A program made the translations under genes and the position numbers. The notes under the pieces were generated by a model. The model searched no databases. It saw nothing but the letters and a program-made list of their open reading frames with translations, and was not told the DNA's origin. From a virus, in IMG/VR virus record IMGVR_UViG_3300045988_171964: a stretch of 64,000 nt of DNA. One strand, given 5' to 3'. Shown one piece after another: positions 15,830 through 24,114 of the stretch. Numbering within the stretch: the stretch's first letter is position 1; each line of letters opens with the position of its first letter.

Positions 15830-16702
15830 ATGGCAGAAACAAGATTAAAAGAAATCCTCGCCTTCGTAAACCACAAGGGAGGAGTTGGTAAGACAACAAC
15901 CGTACAGAGTTTAGCAACTGGTCTTCGCCGTTATGGCAAAGGTTACTTCGGTAAGGGTGAAGATGGCAAGGAGCGCAAGCCTCGTATCTTGCTCATTGAC
16001 CTTGATCCTCAGTCTAGTCTCTCTTTCCTCTTCGGATGGAGTGAGGCAGAGAATATCGGGAAGCATACCGTATACGATGCGCTGATACAGCAGTCTCCTT
16101 TGCCCGTCTATCAGGTAAGAGAGGGCATTTATCTTGCCCCAGCATCTTACCGGCTTATCAACATCGAACCTTTTCTAAACCAGATGCCGGTACCACGCAA
16201 GGCTTTGTATAAGTTATTCGGCAAGCCGCTGACGGAAGTACGAGGCGACGAATTGGCTACAGAAGGAGTTTCATCTATCCTGGAGGCTTTCGATTATGTT
16301 CTGATAGACTGCCCACCAGCGCTATCTCTGCTTACGCATAATGCCCTGTCTGTGGCAACGGGTGTAGTAATACCTATCCAGCTCGAAATGCTGGCAACGA
16401 AAGGTATTGCCGAAATTCTGAATGCGGTGCAGGAAACGCGTGAAGACTTGAATCCTGATATTGATATTCGAGGCTTGTTTATGGTTATGAGTAATGATCA
16501 GACGAGAGCCACCAAGCAGTTTAAGGAGTATCTGGGCAATAAGTTTGATGATTACATGTTCGATTCGTACACCCGTCGAGATACGAAGATGGTAGAGGCG
16601 CAGGCTATCAATCAGGATATATTCTCTTATTCGCCTTACAGCAGAGTAGGGCAGGACTATGAGAATTTTACGAAGGAGATTTTGGCCAGCATGCCGGAAT
16701 AA
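15830..16702 (+). CDS. parA: ParA/Soj-family partition ATPase (290 aa)
   Basis: Deviant Walker A NHKGGVGKTTT and LIDLDPQ, with typical ParA length and layout. Confidence 0.9.
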   Translation: MAETRLKEILAFVNHKGGVGKTTTVQSLATGLRRYGKGYFGKGEDGKERKPRILLIDLDPQSSLSFLFGWSEAENIGKHTVYDALIQQSPLPVYQVREGIYLAPASYRLINIEPFLNQMPVPRKALYKLFGKPLTEVRGDELATEGVSSILEAFDYVLIDCPPALSLLTHNALSVATGVVIPIQLEMLATKGIAEILNAVQETREDLNPDIDIRGLFMVMSNDQTRATKQFKEYLGNKFDDYMFDSYTRRDTKMVEAQAINQDIFSYSPYSRVGQDYENFTKEILASMPE

Positions 16703-16735
16703 TGATTCATGTTTAACGTTTAGAGATTTACGATT

Positions 16736-17149
16736 ATGGCAAGAAAAACAAAAAGTAGTATACATAAGTTTGAAGGTTTGGAAGACTCGCCAGCCATCAA
16801 AGGTATAGAAAAGATTTATGAGGCAAATGAGGAAGCTCGCCAAAAACGCGCTGCCGAGGCATTGGAGAAACAGCAGAACGGGCAGGGTGCCGCAGAGTCG
16901 GAACCTGCACCACAGGCTGAAGCACCGTCGCAGTCTCCTGTTCCTCCCGCATCAGCCGCTCCTATTTCTGCTCCCGACCCTGCACCTATGAGAAAAACTG
17001 GCAAGAAGACGCAGAACGGTATCACCATCTATGTGCCGATGGACTACTACATGCAGATATTGCAGATGAAGATGGAGACGGGTACGCCTATCAAGGACAT
17101 CGCTCTGCAGGCAGTCATCGAGTATCTGGATAGACATAAGAACGGATAA
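16736..17149 (+). CDS. Partition/centromere-binding partner candidate with a C-terminal ribbon-helix-helix (137 aa)
   Basis: It lies immediately downstream of parA. The middle is low-complexity P/A/S-rich, and the C-terminus ITIYVPMDYYMQILQMKMETGTPIKDIALQAVIEYL is CopG/RHH-like. Confidence 0.6.
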   Translation: MARKTKSSIHKFEGLEDSPAIKGIEKIYEANEEARQKRAAEALEKQQNGQGAAESEPAPQAEAPSQSPVPPASAAPISAPDPAPMRKTGKKTQNGITIYVPMDYYMQILQMKMETGTPIKDIALQAVIEYLDRHKNG

Positions 17150-17720
17150 TGCAGGTAAACGAAAAGTCAGATTTGAAGGTAAACTGAAAATTGGTTTTAG
17201 GTAAAATCTTACTAAAGTCTTTTACCTTCTGAGGTGCCGAAATAGTACCGAGGGGTATAGTTCTTGGTACCAACTCACTACATTTATGGCTAAGTTTATA
17301 TCATAAAACGCTGATTTATAGACATTTATGTTCTTAGAAATACGTTGTACCAATCTAATCTTCATTGAATCAAATGGTTAAATGATTGATTTATAGATGG
17401 TTATGATGAAAAGTTAGCCACAAATGTAGCGAGTTTCGTACCAAAAGGTACAAAAGGGTTATAGTTTTTGGTACCAACCAAGTCACTACATTTGTGGCTA
17501 AGTTTGAGGTAAAATTTTACTAAACTCTTTTACCTTCTTACTAAAGTCTTTTACCGAAGGGTATAGTTTTCGGTACCAAAGGGTATAGTTTTCGGTACCA
17601 AAGGGTATAGTTCTTGGTACGAAGTTCTAAAATTTGGAAGGGTATAGTTTTCGGTACGTAAGGGTATAGTTTTCGGTACCAAAAGGTATAGTTCTTGGAA
17701 CCTCGATTTTTCGGAAACCT
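17150..17720. repeat. Iteron-type replication origin region
   Basis: There are 8 copies of about 21 bp, AAGGGTATAGTT(T/C)T(C/T)GGTACC, at about 17263, 17453, 17558, 17579, 17600, 17638, 17661 and 17683. Also present are CACTACATTTRTGGCTAAGTTT in both orientations and AGGTAAAA-N13-TTTTACCT inverted repeats. Confidence 0.85.
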
Positions 17721-17828
17721 TAGTGTTTATCGGTATTTCGGGCGTTTTTCAAGTTCCTATACTGATACTGATACTATTTATTATATCTGTATATATAAAA
17801 AATGAAAGAAAATATATAAGTAACAGTT

Positions 17829-19112
17829 ATGGGCGCAAAAGAAGACAAGCGAATAAATGAAAATCAGGTTACTTTCCGTGATTTGGAGAACCAGCCAACG
17901 GAACAGCAGCTTTGTAATTTGCGGTGGATCAAGACTCCATGCTCTTATGCTTCGCTGGGTAGCACCTTCTCACTCCTGCAACAGGATATTATGTTGCAAG
18001 TAAGCGCAAAGTTGCAGGAGTACATCAATCAGTACTACGACCAGATGCGATATAAGGAGAAGACTTATCCTAAATCTCCGTTCCTGTCTGAGGAACAGAA
18101 GAGGGAAGCTCTTCATATCCGTATAGATATGTCAGAACTTGTAGATAATCATAGCAACTACAAGGAAATGTTTCAGGAGTTTGCCGATGGTAAGGTTCCT
18201 ATTGTAGAAGAAATTGGCGCTTTGAGGGTGTTCGTAAAGAAAGATAAGATTTCGGACTTCTACCCTGTATTCGACCGCATTTCGCTGCCTAAGAAAACGT
18301 GGGTAGGCAAGGATGGTACCATCAAGGATGTTTATTCGGGTGTTGTCGAGTTAAACATCAATCATTTTGTGGCTGACTATGCCTTCGACCTGAGCAAGGG
18401 ATATGTGCCGCACATGGCGCGTGTAGCGAAGACCAGTAAGCGAAGGGTAACACCGAGGGTTTATCTCTGGCTGATGGAGAATAAAGACCGCCCACGCAAG
18501 AAAGGGCAGAGCGACCCTTTATCGGTTACGGTAGAGAAGCTGAAGGACTTCCTGGGGTGCTATGAGATAGACCCGGAAACGAAGGAAAAGGTTTATCAGT
18601 ATGCCAAATACTCCAAGTTCAAGAAGGACGTTCTGGATAAGGCAAAAGCTGACCTGGTGGCACAGGCAAAGAAGAATGATATAGATATTACCTTTGATTA
18701 TACGGAACATTATCCTAAAGGTAAGAAACGAGGAAACCCTGATTATATCACCTTTGAGGTTTTCTATACGCCGCTCGGCAAACTGCATAAGGCAGGAAAA
18801 TATTCTGAAGGTGAGCTGTTCGATGCGAAGGCTTACGATGTTAAGAAGAACGTGCAGCCTACATCTGCCAAGATAGAAACGAAGGTAGGCGAGGGTACCG
18901 ACAAGTGGAAGGCATTCTGCAAGCTCGTTATAGGTGACGCTGAGAAATCACTGGTTTCCCGTCTTTCCTTTGTAGGCATGAAGAACGGAAGGTTCTGCGT
19001 AGAGTGCAGCGATGATGACTTTGATATGATACGGAAGTTGGGTATCGAGGATAAAGCAAAGGAGTTCTTCGACTGCAAAGGTTCCTTTGCTCCGGTATTC
19101 TACCGAGGTTAA
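17829..19112 (+). CDS. Iteron-dependent replication initiator (Rep_3-like) candidate (427 aa)
   Basis: It is directly downstream of the iterons. The N-terminal LRWIKTPCSYASLGSTFSLLQQDIMLQVSAKL resembles the Rep_3 N-terminal pattern, by eye. Confidence 0.6.
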   Translation: MGAKEDKRINENQVTFRDLENQPTEQQLCNLRWIKTPCSYASLGSTFSLLQQDIMLQVSAKLQEYINQYYDQMRYKEKTYPKSPFLSEEQKREALHIRIDMSELVDNHSNYKEMFQEFADGKVPIVEEIGALRVFVKKDKISDFYPVFDRISLPKKTWVGKDGTIKDVYSGVVELNINHFVADYAFDLSKGYVPHMARVAKTSKRRVTPRVYLWLMENKDRPRKKGQSDPLSVTVEKLKDFLGCYEIDPETKEKVYQYAKYSKFKKDVLDKAKADLVAQAKKNDIDITFDYTEHYPKGKKRGNPDYITFEVFYTPLGKLHKAGKYSEGELFDAKAYDVKKNVQPTSAKIETKVGEGTDKWKAFCKLVIGDAEKSLVSRLSFVGMKNGRFCVECSDDDFDMIRKLGIEDKAKEFFDCKGSFAPVFYRG

Positions 19113-19220
19113 AGGTAAAAAGGTAAAAAGAGCCTAGCGTGATATATCGCCCTGCTGTTCTTTTACTTTTTTACTTTTTTACCTTTTTACTTTTAAATGC
19201 TCTTTTTACTTTTTTACCTT
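19111..19220. repeat. Inverted array of GGTAAAAA / TTTTTACC octamers forming a long hairpin after rep
   Basis: aaaggtaaaaaggtaaaaag at 19111-19132 faces cttttacttttttacttttttacctttttactttt at 19160-19194. Two further tttttac units lie at 19203-19220. Confidence 0.8.
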
Positions 19221-19255
19221 TATTCGTTTGTCCCATCTATTCTTCCCCTTTTTCT

Positions 19256-19263
19256 TACCTTTG
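19256..19263 (+). promoter_or_regulatory. Bacteroidota-type -7 box (TACCTTTG)
   Basis: cttaccTTTGcatcag lies about 30 nt upstream of the ATG at 19294. Confidence 0.55.
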
Positions 19264-19293
19264 CATCAGAAACATTAAAAGAAATGAAAACGT

Positions 19294-19914
19294 ATGAAAA
19301 GGAAAGAGATTATTCAACTACTCTTGATAGCAGTAGTGACGATGATGTTTACGGCATGTGCTGCCTCTCGACGGGCGGTTAGCGATAACCACCAGGAAGT
19401 GAAGGATAGCGTATCGGCTATTCAGCAGGATAGCGTGCATCAGCAGGTAATGGTGAATGACAGCGTAGCCATTAAGGTGAGCGAGGATAAGCATACTTCT
19501 TCTTCGTCTACGGAAACGGGCGAATATGAGGAGACTATCCAGGAGCAGATTACCGAGACCACTGATTCCTCCGGCAATAAGCAGACTACCACCAACCGCA
19601 CTACACATCGCAAGGGCAGTTATAACAACCAGTCTTCTTATGAGGAGCGATTGCAGATGCAGCAGCAGAAAATCAATACGATGCAGAAGACCATCGATAG
19701 CCTTGCCGTCAGTAGCAGTAATGATGTGGGCACCCACTGGGAGGCCACCGACAGCTTATCAGATACGCAGGAAAAGAATACAGCAGAGACAAGAAAGGCT
19801 AACTGGATTCAGAAAGCCAGAAAGAACGCCCTCGCCCTTTTTCTGCTTATCGTGATAGTTTTGGTACTTACAGCAATTAATAAATATATCGACCATGGGG
19901 AAGGGAAAAAGTAA
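19294..19914 (+). CDS. Putative lipoprotein with a C-terminal membrane anchor (206 aa)
   Basis: Signal peptide plus lipobox-like MMFTAC, an S/T/Q-rich middle, and the C-terminal hydrophobic LALFLLIVIVLVLTAI. Confidence 0.65.
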   Translation: MKRKEIIQLLLIAVVTMMFTACAASRRAVSDNHQEVKDSVSAIQQDSVHQQVMVNDSVAIKVSEDKHTSSSSTETGEYEETIQEQITETTDSSGNKQTTTNRTTHRKGSYNNQSSYEERLQMQQQKINTMQKTIDSLAVSSSNDVGTHWEATDSLSDTQEKNTAETRKANWIQKARKNALALFLLIVIVLVLTAINKYIDHGEGKK

Positions 19915-20212
19915 GAAACACGTGCAGTACGGTTACGACATCGTGGATAATGATGAACAGGCAGAAGTTACGCTGCAGGATTTCGTTATCCCGGCAAAGA
20001 TAGAAGCCTTCAATAATCAGTATAAGCCGTTGGATCATTGGGTAGACGGTTGCGAAGTGTTTAACGATGCCCGACTTCGTGAGTACTTCAAGGCGATAGT
20101 CTGTCCGCTTGGCGACCCGCTTTCGCTTTATCTGCAGGAGCTAGGCTACTGGGGCTTTATCATGCAGAATGATGAGAGTGGCGAGCCGGTTATCTATTGC
20201 AGGGCGAAATAA
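19895..20212 (+). CDS. Hypothetical protein (105 aa)
   Basis: ORF overlapping the upstream gene by 20 nt. Confidence 0.6.
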   Translation: MGKGKSKKHVQYGYDIVDNDEQAEVTLQDFVIPAKIEAFNNQYKPLDHWVDGCEVFNDARLREYFKAIVCPLGDPLSLYLQELGYWGFIMQNDESGEPVIYCRAK

Positions 20213-20239
20213 AGGTAAAAAAGTAAAAATGTAAAAAAG
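20212..20239 (+). repeat. (GGTAAAAA)-type octamer array, 3 units
   Basis: aaggtaaaaaagtaaaaatgtaaaaaag starts at the stop codon. Confidence 0.7.
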
Positions 20240-20286
20240 CCTTAACCCCTTTGCGCCCCCGTTCCCAGCGATTCTATCGCTGGTTT
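20240..20286 (+). repeat. Hairpin element copy 1 (long form)
   Basis: ccttaacccctttgcgcccccgttc-CCAGCGAT-tct-ATCGCTGG. The stem-loop is at 20265-20283. Confidence 0.9.
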
Positions 20287-20379
20287 AACTCTCAAAAATA
20301 CAATATTTCGCTGAAAATATATACTCAAAAATACAATTTTTCTCGAAAATTATATAATAGATTAAAAAAATAAGGATTT

Positions 20380-20937
20380 ATGGAAAAAGAAAACAGACCT
20401 CACAACTATCTGAAGATAGCTGATGAGAGTGAGACAGGCAAGAAGCTGAAGGCATTTCTTGCTGAGTGTTGTGAAGCAAGCGAGAAGGCGAGAGCCTGGG
20501 CAGAGAAGCAGGGAGCCGATACCTACTACGAATCGCCCGAAGGCTTTGCAGGTGGTGTGGCGATGGTAGAGTTCAAAAACACGATCAGCAAGGAAGGCTG
20601 GACGAACATTCAGACTCCTACCAAGGACGGAATGCAGAGCACATCGCTCTTTATTCCAGAAGAAAACAGCGAACTGGAGAAGGAGATGATGGCACTGCCT
20701 ATCGTAAATGAAACGGCTCTTATCGCTATCCTGCAGTTCAAGCCTAAGATGGCGAAGGGTAAGGAAGGCAAGGAGGTGCAGCTTCCGTTCTCCTTTGGCA
20801 ATACAACGCCTATCCTCTTTCTGCATCATGGCTTCTTCTATACCGATGTGCCTTACGTGAGCACAAGCGAGGACTGCCAGGTTATCACGGAGAAGGAGTT
20901 CCTTCGTCGCAAGATGGCAGCAGTAAATGAGCATTAA
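20380..20937 (+). CDS. Hypothetical protein (185 aa)
   Basis: The plus-strand ORF has a protein-like composition. The overlapping minus-strand ORF is L/R/C-rich and looks like an antisense shadow. Confidence 0.65.
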   Translation: MEKENRPHNYLKIADESETGKKLKAFLAECCEASEKARAWAEKQGADTYYESPEGFAGGVAMVEFKNTISKEGWTNIQTPTKDGMQSTSLFIPEENSELEKEMMALPIVNETALIAILQFKPKMAKGKEGKEVQLPFSFGNTTPILFLHHGFFYTDVPYVSTSEDCQVITEKEFLRRKMAAVNEH

Positions 20938-21026
20938 TCATATTTCGTTCTTTATATTTTATATATATTTATTTTATATGTTTTATATGAGTTGATTCTA
21001 AAACGTAGTTTAAGCTGAAACATTCT

Positions 21027-21066
21027 CAGCCAGCCGTCCGTGATGGATAGCTGGCTGTTTTTATTT
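21027..21066 (+). terminator. Intrinsic terminator (hairpin plus T-tract) between convergent genes
   Basis: cagccagc-N15-gctggctg followed by tttttatttta. Confidence 0.7.
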
Positions 21067-21758
21067 TATTCCGTCTCGCGATGTATCTCTTCTGCCACCA
21101 TGCCGTAGCTAGGCTGTTGAGATTCCAGACGATGGGTGAGTTCGCTGATGAGCTTCTGCTGATCGCCTATCTGCTTCTGTTGTTCAGCAATAATATCGAG
21201 CATGCGGTTAAGGGTCTTCAAGCTGATGTCCGTTTCTGCTGCTGTAACCGGTTCCGTAATCGGAGTAGGCGCAGCAGCATCCATAGGCGCAGCGGCAGTC
21301 TCTTCCTTGTGCTCTTCCTTGCGTCCGAGCCTTAACCCCTTTGCGCCTCCGTTCCCAGCGTTTCCAACGCTGGTCCACCCAGGCACTACCGATTTCATCC
21401 TCTCCACATCGAGCGGATTGCGCAGCGCCCTCGTACCCTGTTTGCGCTTCTCTTCATTATCCAGATAGCCCCCATCGGGTTCAAATTGGTCATCTATACC
21501 AGGGCATACATACCCCTCCTCGCAGCAGCCTTCCCTTCCTTGCTGGTCCGCATCTACGATAAATGCCGAGAGCGGAACGTGAAACGCATTGCAGAATCGC
21601 AGCATGGCGATGGTAGGCAGCGGCGACTTCATTCTTATCCAGCTATCCAGGCACGCATTACTCGTAGTACCCATAGCCTTCATAATTTCTTTATTGGTGA
21701 TTTTGCTGTTTGCTTCCATCCATTTGTCTAGGAAGCTGTAATTGTAAAAGTACTTCAT
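21066..21758 (-). CDS. XRE/CI-like HTH transcriptional repressor candidate (230 aa)
   Basis: The N-terminal ITNKEIMKAMGTTSNACLDSWIRMKSPLPTIAMLRFCNAFHVPLSAFI is HTH_XRE-like. It is the only minus-strand gene in this region and is divergent from 21929..22423. The C-terminus is coiled-coil-like. Confidence 0.65.
   Translation of the reverse strand: MKYFYNYSFLDKWMEANSKITNKEIMKAMGTTSNACLDSWIRMKSPLPTIAMLRFCNAFHVPLSAFIVDADQQGREGCCEEGYVCPGIDDQFEPDGGYLDNEEKRKQGTRALRNPLDVERMKSVVPGWTSVGNAGNGGAKGLRLGRKEEHKEETAAAPMDAAAPTPITEPVTAAETDISLKTLNRMLDIIAEQQKQIGDQQKLISELTHRLESQQPSYGMVAEEIHRETE
21330..21378 (+). repeat. Hairpin element copy 2 (long form), embedded antisense inside the repressor gene
   Basis: ccttaacccctttgcgcctccgttc-CCAGCGTT-tcc-AACGCTGG-tcc. 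The stem-loop is at 21355-21373 and has a compensatory T/A change. Confidence 0.9.
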
Positions 21759-21894
21759 ATCTCAACTACATTTATAAGGTGAATAACTCTAATCTGTTCA
21801 TCTCGAAATCAATTAATATATGTAACCTATGTTAAATTCCCCTAATTTCTGAAAGAAAATATAGGTAACATTTGGTTGTTTCGATTTTAATCTT

Positions 21895-21902
21895 TAAATT
21901 TG
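21895..21902 (+). promoter_or_regulatory. Bacteroidota-type -7 box (TAAATTTG)
   Basis: ctttaaaTTTGcacc lies about 27 nt upstream of the ATG at 21929, in the divergent intergenic region. Confidence 0.5.
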
Positions 21903-21928
21903 CACCAAAATTAAGAAATAAAATCGAA

Positions 21929-22423
21929 ATGACAAAGGAAATTATAGAAAAAATCTGCAGAAAGAACTCTCCATTAGAGGTAAATGATATTTCTGTGGAG
22001 GAAAAGAAGAACTTAGCTGAGTTTTTATCGGATAATGGCTTCACAATCTCAACTTTCTATCTCCGTTTCTTTCAGAAAGGTTTCGACGCTTGGGAAATCC
22101 AAGGCATTAAAAACTGCAAAAAGCAGTTCTTAGCTATACCGGAAGTAGCTAACCTATTATCTGGGTATGTAGAGACCGATGCCCTGGGCAACGAGATTAG
22201 TAAGAAGGGATATTTGCTTGAGGCTGCTATGAGCGATGAGTCGGGTGTGTTCTACACCTGTCTGAAGAAGGCCAACAACGGTCTCTGCATGAAGTTCTTT
22301 GCCTTTATGGAGGAGCGAGGCATGAGCCGCACGACCATCATCAAGCGTTTTACCGCTGATGACTGGAAGCCATGGGAGCAGGAAGGAATTAAAGCACTCT
22401 TGCTTTTAAAGGTAAAAAAGTAA
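21929..22423 (+). CDS. Hypothetical protein (164 aa), first gene of the operon divergent from the repressor
   Basis: This internal ATG (MTKEIIEK) of track ORF 21872..22423 is placed after the -7 box. Confidence 0.6.
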   Translation: MTKEIIEKICRKNSPLEVNDISVEEKKNLAEFLSDNGFTISTFYLRFFQKGFDAWEIQGIKNCKKQFLAIPEVANLLSGYVETDALGNEISKKGYLLEAAMSDESGVFYTCLKKANNGLCMKFFAFMEERGMSRTTIIKRFTADDWKPWEQEGIKALLLLKVKK

Positions 22424-22436
22424 AAAGGTAAAATTC
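22408..22436 (+). repeat. (GGTAAAAA)-type octamer array, 3 units, spanning a stop codon
   Basis: aaaggtaaaaaagtaaaaaggtaaaattc. Confidence 0.65.
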
Positions 22437-22449
22437 GTAACCATATATA

Positions 22450-23133
22450 ATGATAGATGTAACCTTTGATTGGGAATCCTGTTCGCTCTCGCCCACCGCA
22501 GCCGTGATGAGTCTCGGTGCGGTGGCGTGGAAGCGATATGGGGACGAATCACCTTTCTTTGATGAAGGTGATGGTGTGTTAAGAAATTCCACTTTTTCTG
22601 CTCACGTTGACCTGCGAAGCATGTTCATCAACGGGTTCGCATTTGACAAGAGTACGGCAGAATGGTGGTCAAAACAGAGTGACGAGGCAAAAGCTGCCTT
22701 GCTCGGCAATGACAGCGACGAGGCACCTTGTCAGCCGATTGATGTAATCGTGAACGATCTGTTCGGCTGGATAGCCTATATCAAGAAGAAGCTCGGTGAT
22801 GATGAACTTTGCCTTTGGGCGCAGGGTACTGATTTCGATGTAGCTATCTTGAGATATATCTGCTGGGAGATGGGTATCAAGTTCGAGATAAAGCATACCC
22901 AGTTGAGAGATCATCGCACGTTCTATCTGGAATGTGCGAGAATTATCTGGGATGCAGCCGAGCCAAACGGGGAACCTTTCGACCTCGACAAGGCTTATGC
23001 CCTGACTATGGACTATAAAGACATCGCCGATGAAGGTGCGGCACATGACCCTATCTTCGACTGCAAGCGAAGTATCTATAGTACCTGGCAGATGATGAAA
23101 AAGATAAGAGAAGGCTATGCCAAGACTGTTTGA
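22450..23133 (+). CDS. DEDD-family 3'-5' exonuclease (227 aa)
   Basis: ExoI-like FDWES, ExoII-like GTDFDVAIL and ExoIII-like HDPIFDC. Confidence 0.65.
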   Translation: MIDVTFDWESCSLSPTAAVMSLGAVAWKRYGDESPFFDEGDGVLRNSTFSAHVDLRSMFINGFAFDKSTAEWWSKQSDEAKAALLGNDSDEAPCQPIDVIVNDLFGWIAYIKKKLGDDELCLWAQGTDFDVAILRYICWEMGIKFEIKHTQLRDHRTFYLECARIIWDAAEPNGEPFDLDKAYALTMDYKDIADEGAAHDPIFDCKRSIYSTWQMMKKIREGYAKTV

Positions 23134-23533
23134 TTTGCCATATATCCCTAACCGAAAGGGCATACAGCAGAGGCATAGGAACTTATCTAAATACAGAATG
23201 CTGCATCGCTTCGCCTATACCGAGACGATGAGCGGACTGAAGGATGATATTCCAACCCTCCTTTTCTATGCGCCCTTCGCCCTGCTGAAAGATACCTGTG
23301 AGTATCTTTGCAGGATGATGACGGGCAGCGTGGAAGATATGATTATCACGCCTTCGCACAGTTGCCGCCGCAAGAACGGGAAGATATACTGGAGGCAGGA
23401 AGTGCAGATTATCGGTCTAAATACCGACTTCCTCACGATGGAAAGTCTCTCGCAGATGATAGTACACCGCATGGAAACCATCTGCAACTGTAAGATAAGG
23501 CATTATCGCCTGGAAACATTTCTGAATTTATAA
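23117..23533 (+). CDS. Hypothetical protein (138 aa)
   Basis: ORF overlapping the upstream gene by 17 nt. Confidence 0.55.
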   Translation: MPRLFDLPYIPNRKGIQQRHRNLSKYRMLHRFAYTETMSGLKDDIPTLLFYAPFALLKDTCEYLCRMMTGSVEDMIITPSHSCRRKNGKIYWRQEVQIIGLNTDFLTMESLSQMIVHRMETICNCKIRHYRLETFLNL

Positions 23534-24013
23534 AACATAAAGATATGAAGAAATAAAAGATATTCTGCATGACATCATCCAAATCCAACTTCGGTACGAT
23601 ACACTTCGTTTCCGATTTTTATTTTGTTAGACACCGAGCCATCGGTTAAAATGGCAGGAAGACCGGACGGGCGATAGGTGGACTTGGAAACATTCATCGC
23701 ATATCTCACACCCGCAGCTTCAAGAAGAAGGGGGATAGTCTGATTAAAAAGCCTGGGAACCCCATCGGACGGTATCTGCGGCATCCTCAGTTTTTTGCCA
23801 GTCGCCCGAAAGGTCTTCTTTCTTTGACAATATGATATAAAGAGAATAGGGGAGGCATTCTGGAAACACTCTTATGCAAGGGTAGTAGGAGTCAGTAATG
23901 CCCTACGACTACGATTCACTGCATCTTTGCAGCGGGCGAGTACCACAGATTTTCAAATGCTCCGACCGCTCGCTCTGGAATATAACCCGGCAAGATGTAA
24001 ACACTTGAAGTTT

Positions 24014-24057
24014 GGCCTACCCTTCGCCTCCGTTCCCAGCGATTCCATCGCTGGTCA
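24014..24057 (+). repeat. Hairpin element copy 3
   Basis: ggcctacccttcgcctccgttc-CCAGCGAT-tcc-ATCGCTGG-tc. The stem-loop is at 24036-24054, 60 nt upstream of the primase-helicase ATG. Confidence 0.9.
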
Positions 24058-24114
24058 ATGGTCAAGAGTGGTGCCTTCCCTTCTCTTTTAACTATAATAC
24101 TCTTACTGTAAGAT

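Noticed and set aside
16322-16843. 173-aa minus-strand ORF overlapping parA
   Set aside because: It is antisense to a gene with a clear ParA Walker box, so it is a shadow ORF.
20362-20934. 190-aa minus-strand ORF as the real gene instead of 20380..20937 (+)
   Set aside because: The minus-strand translation is L/R/C/H-rich and hydrophobic in an irregular way. The plus-strand product is balanced and follows the local gene orientation, and a terminator with a T-tract follows it on the plus strand.
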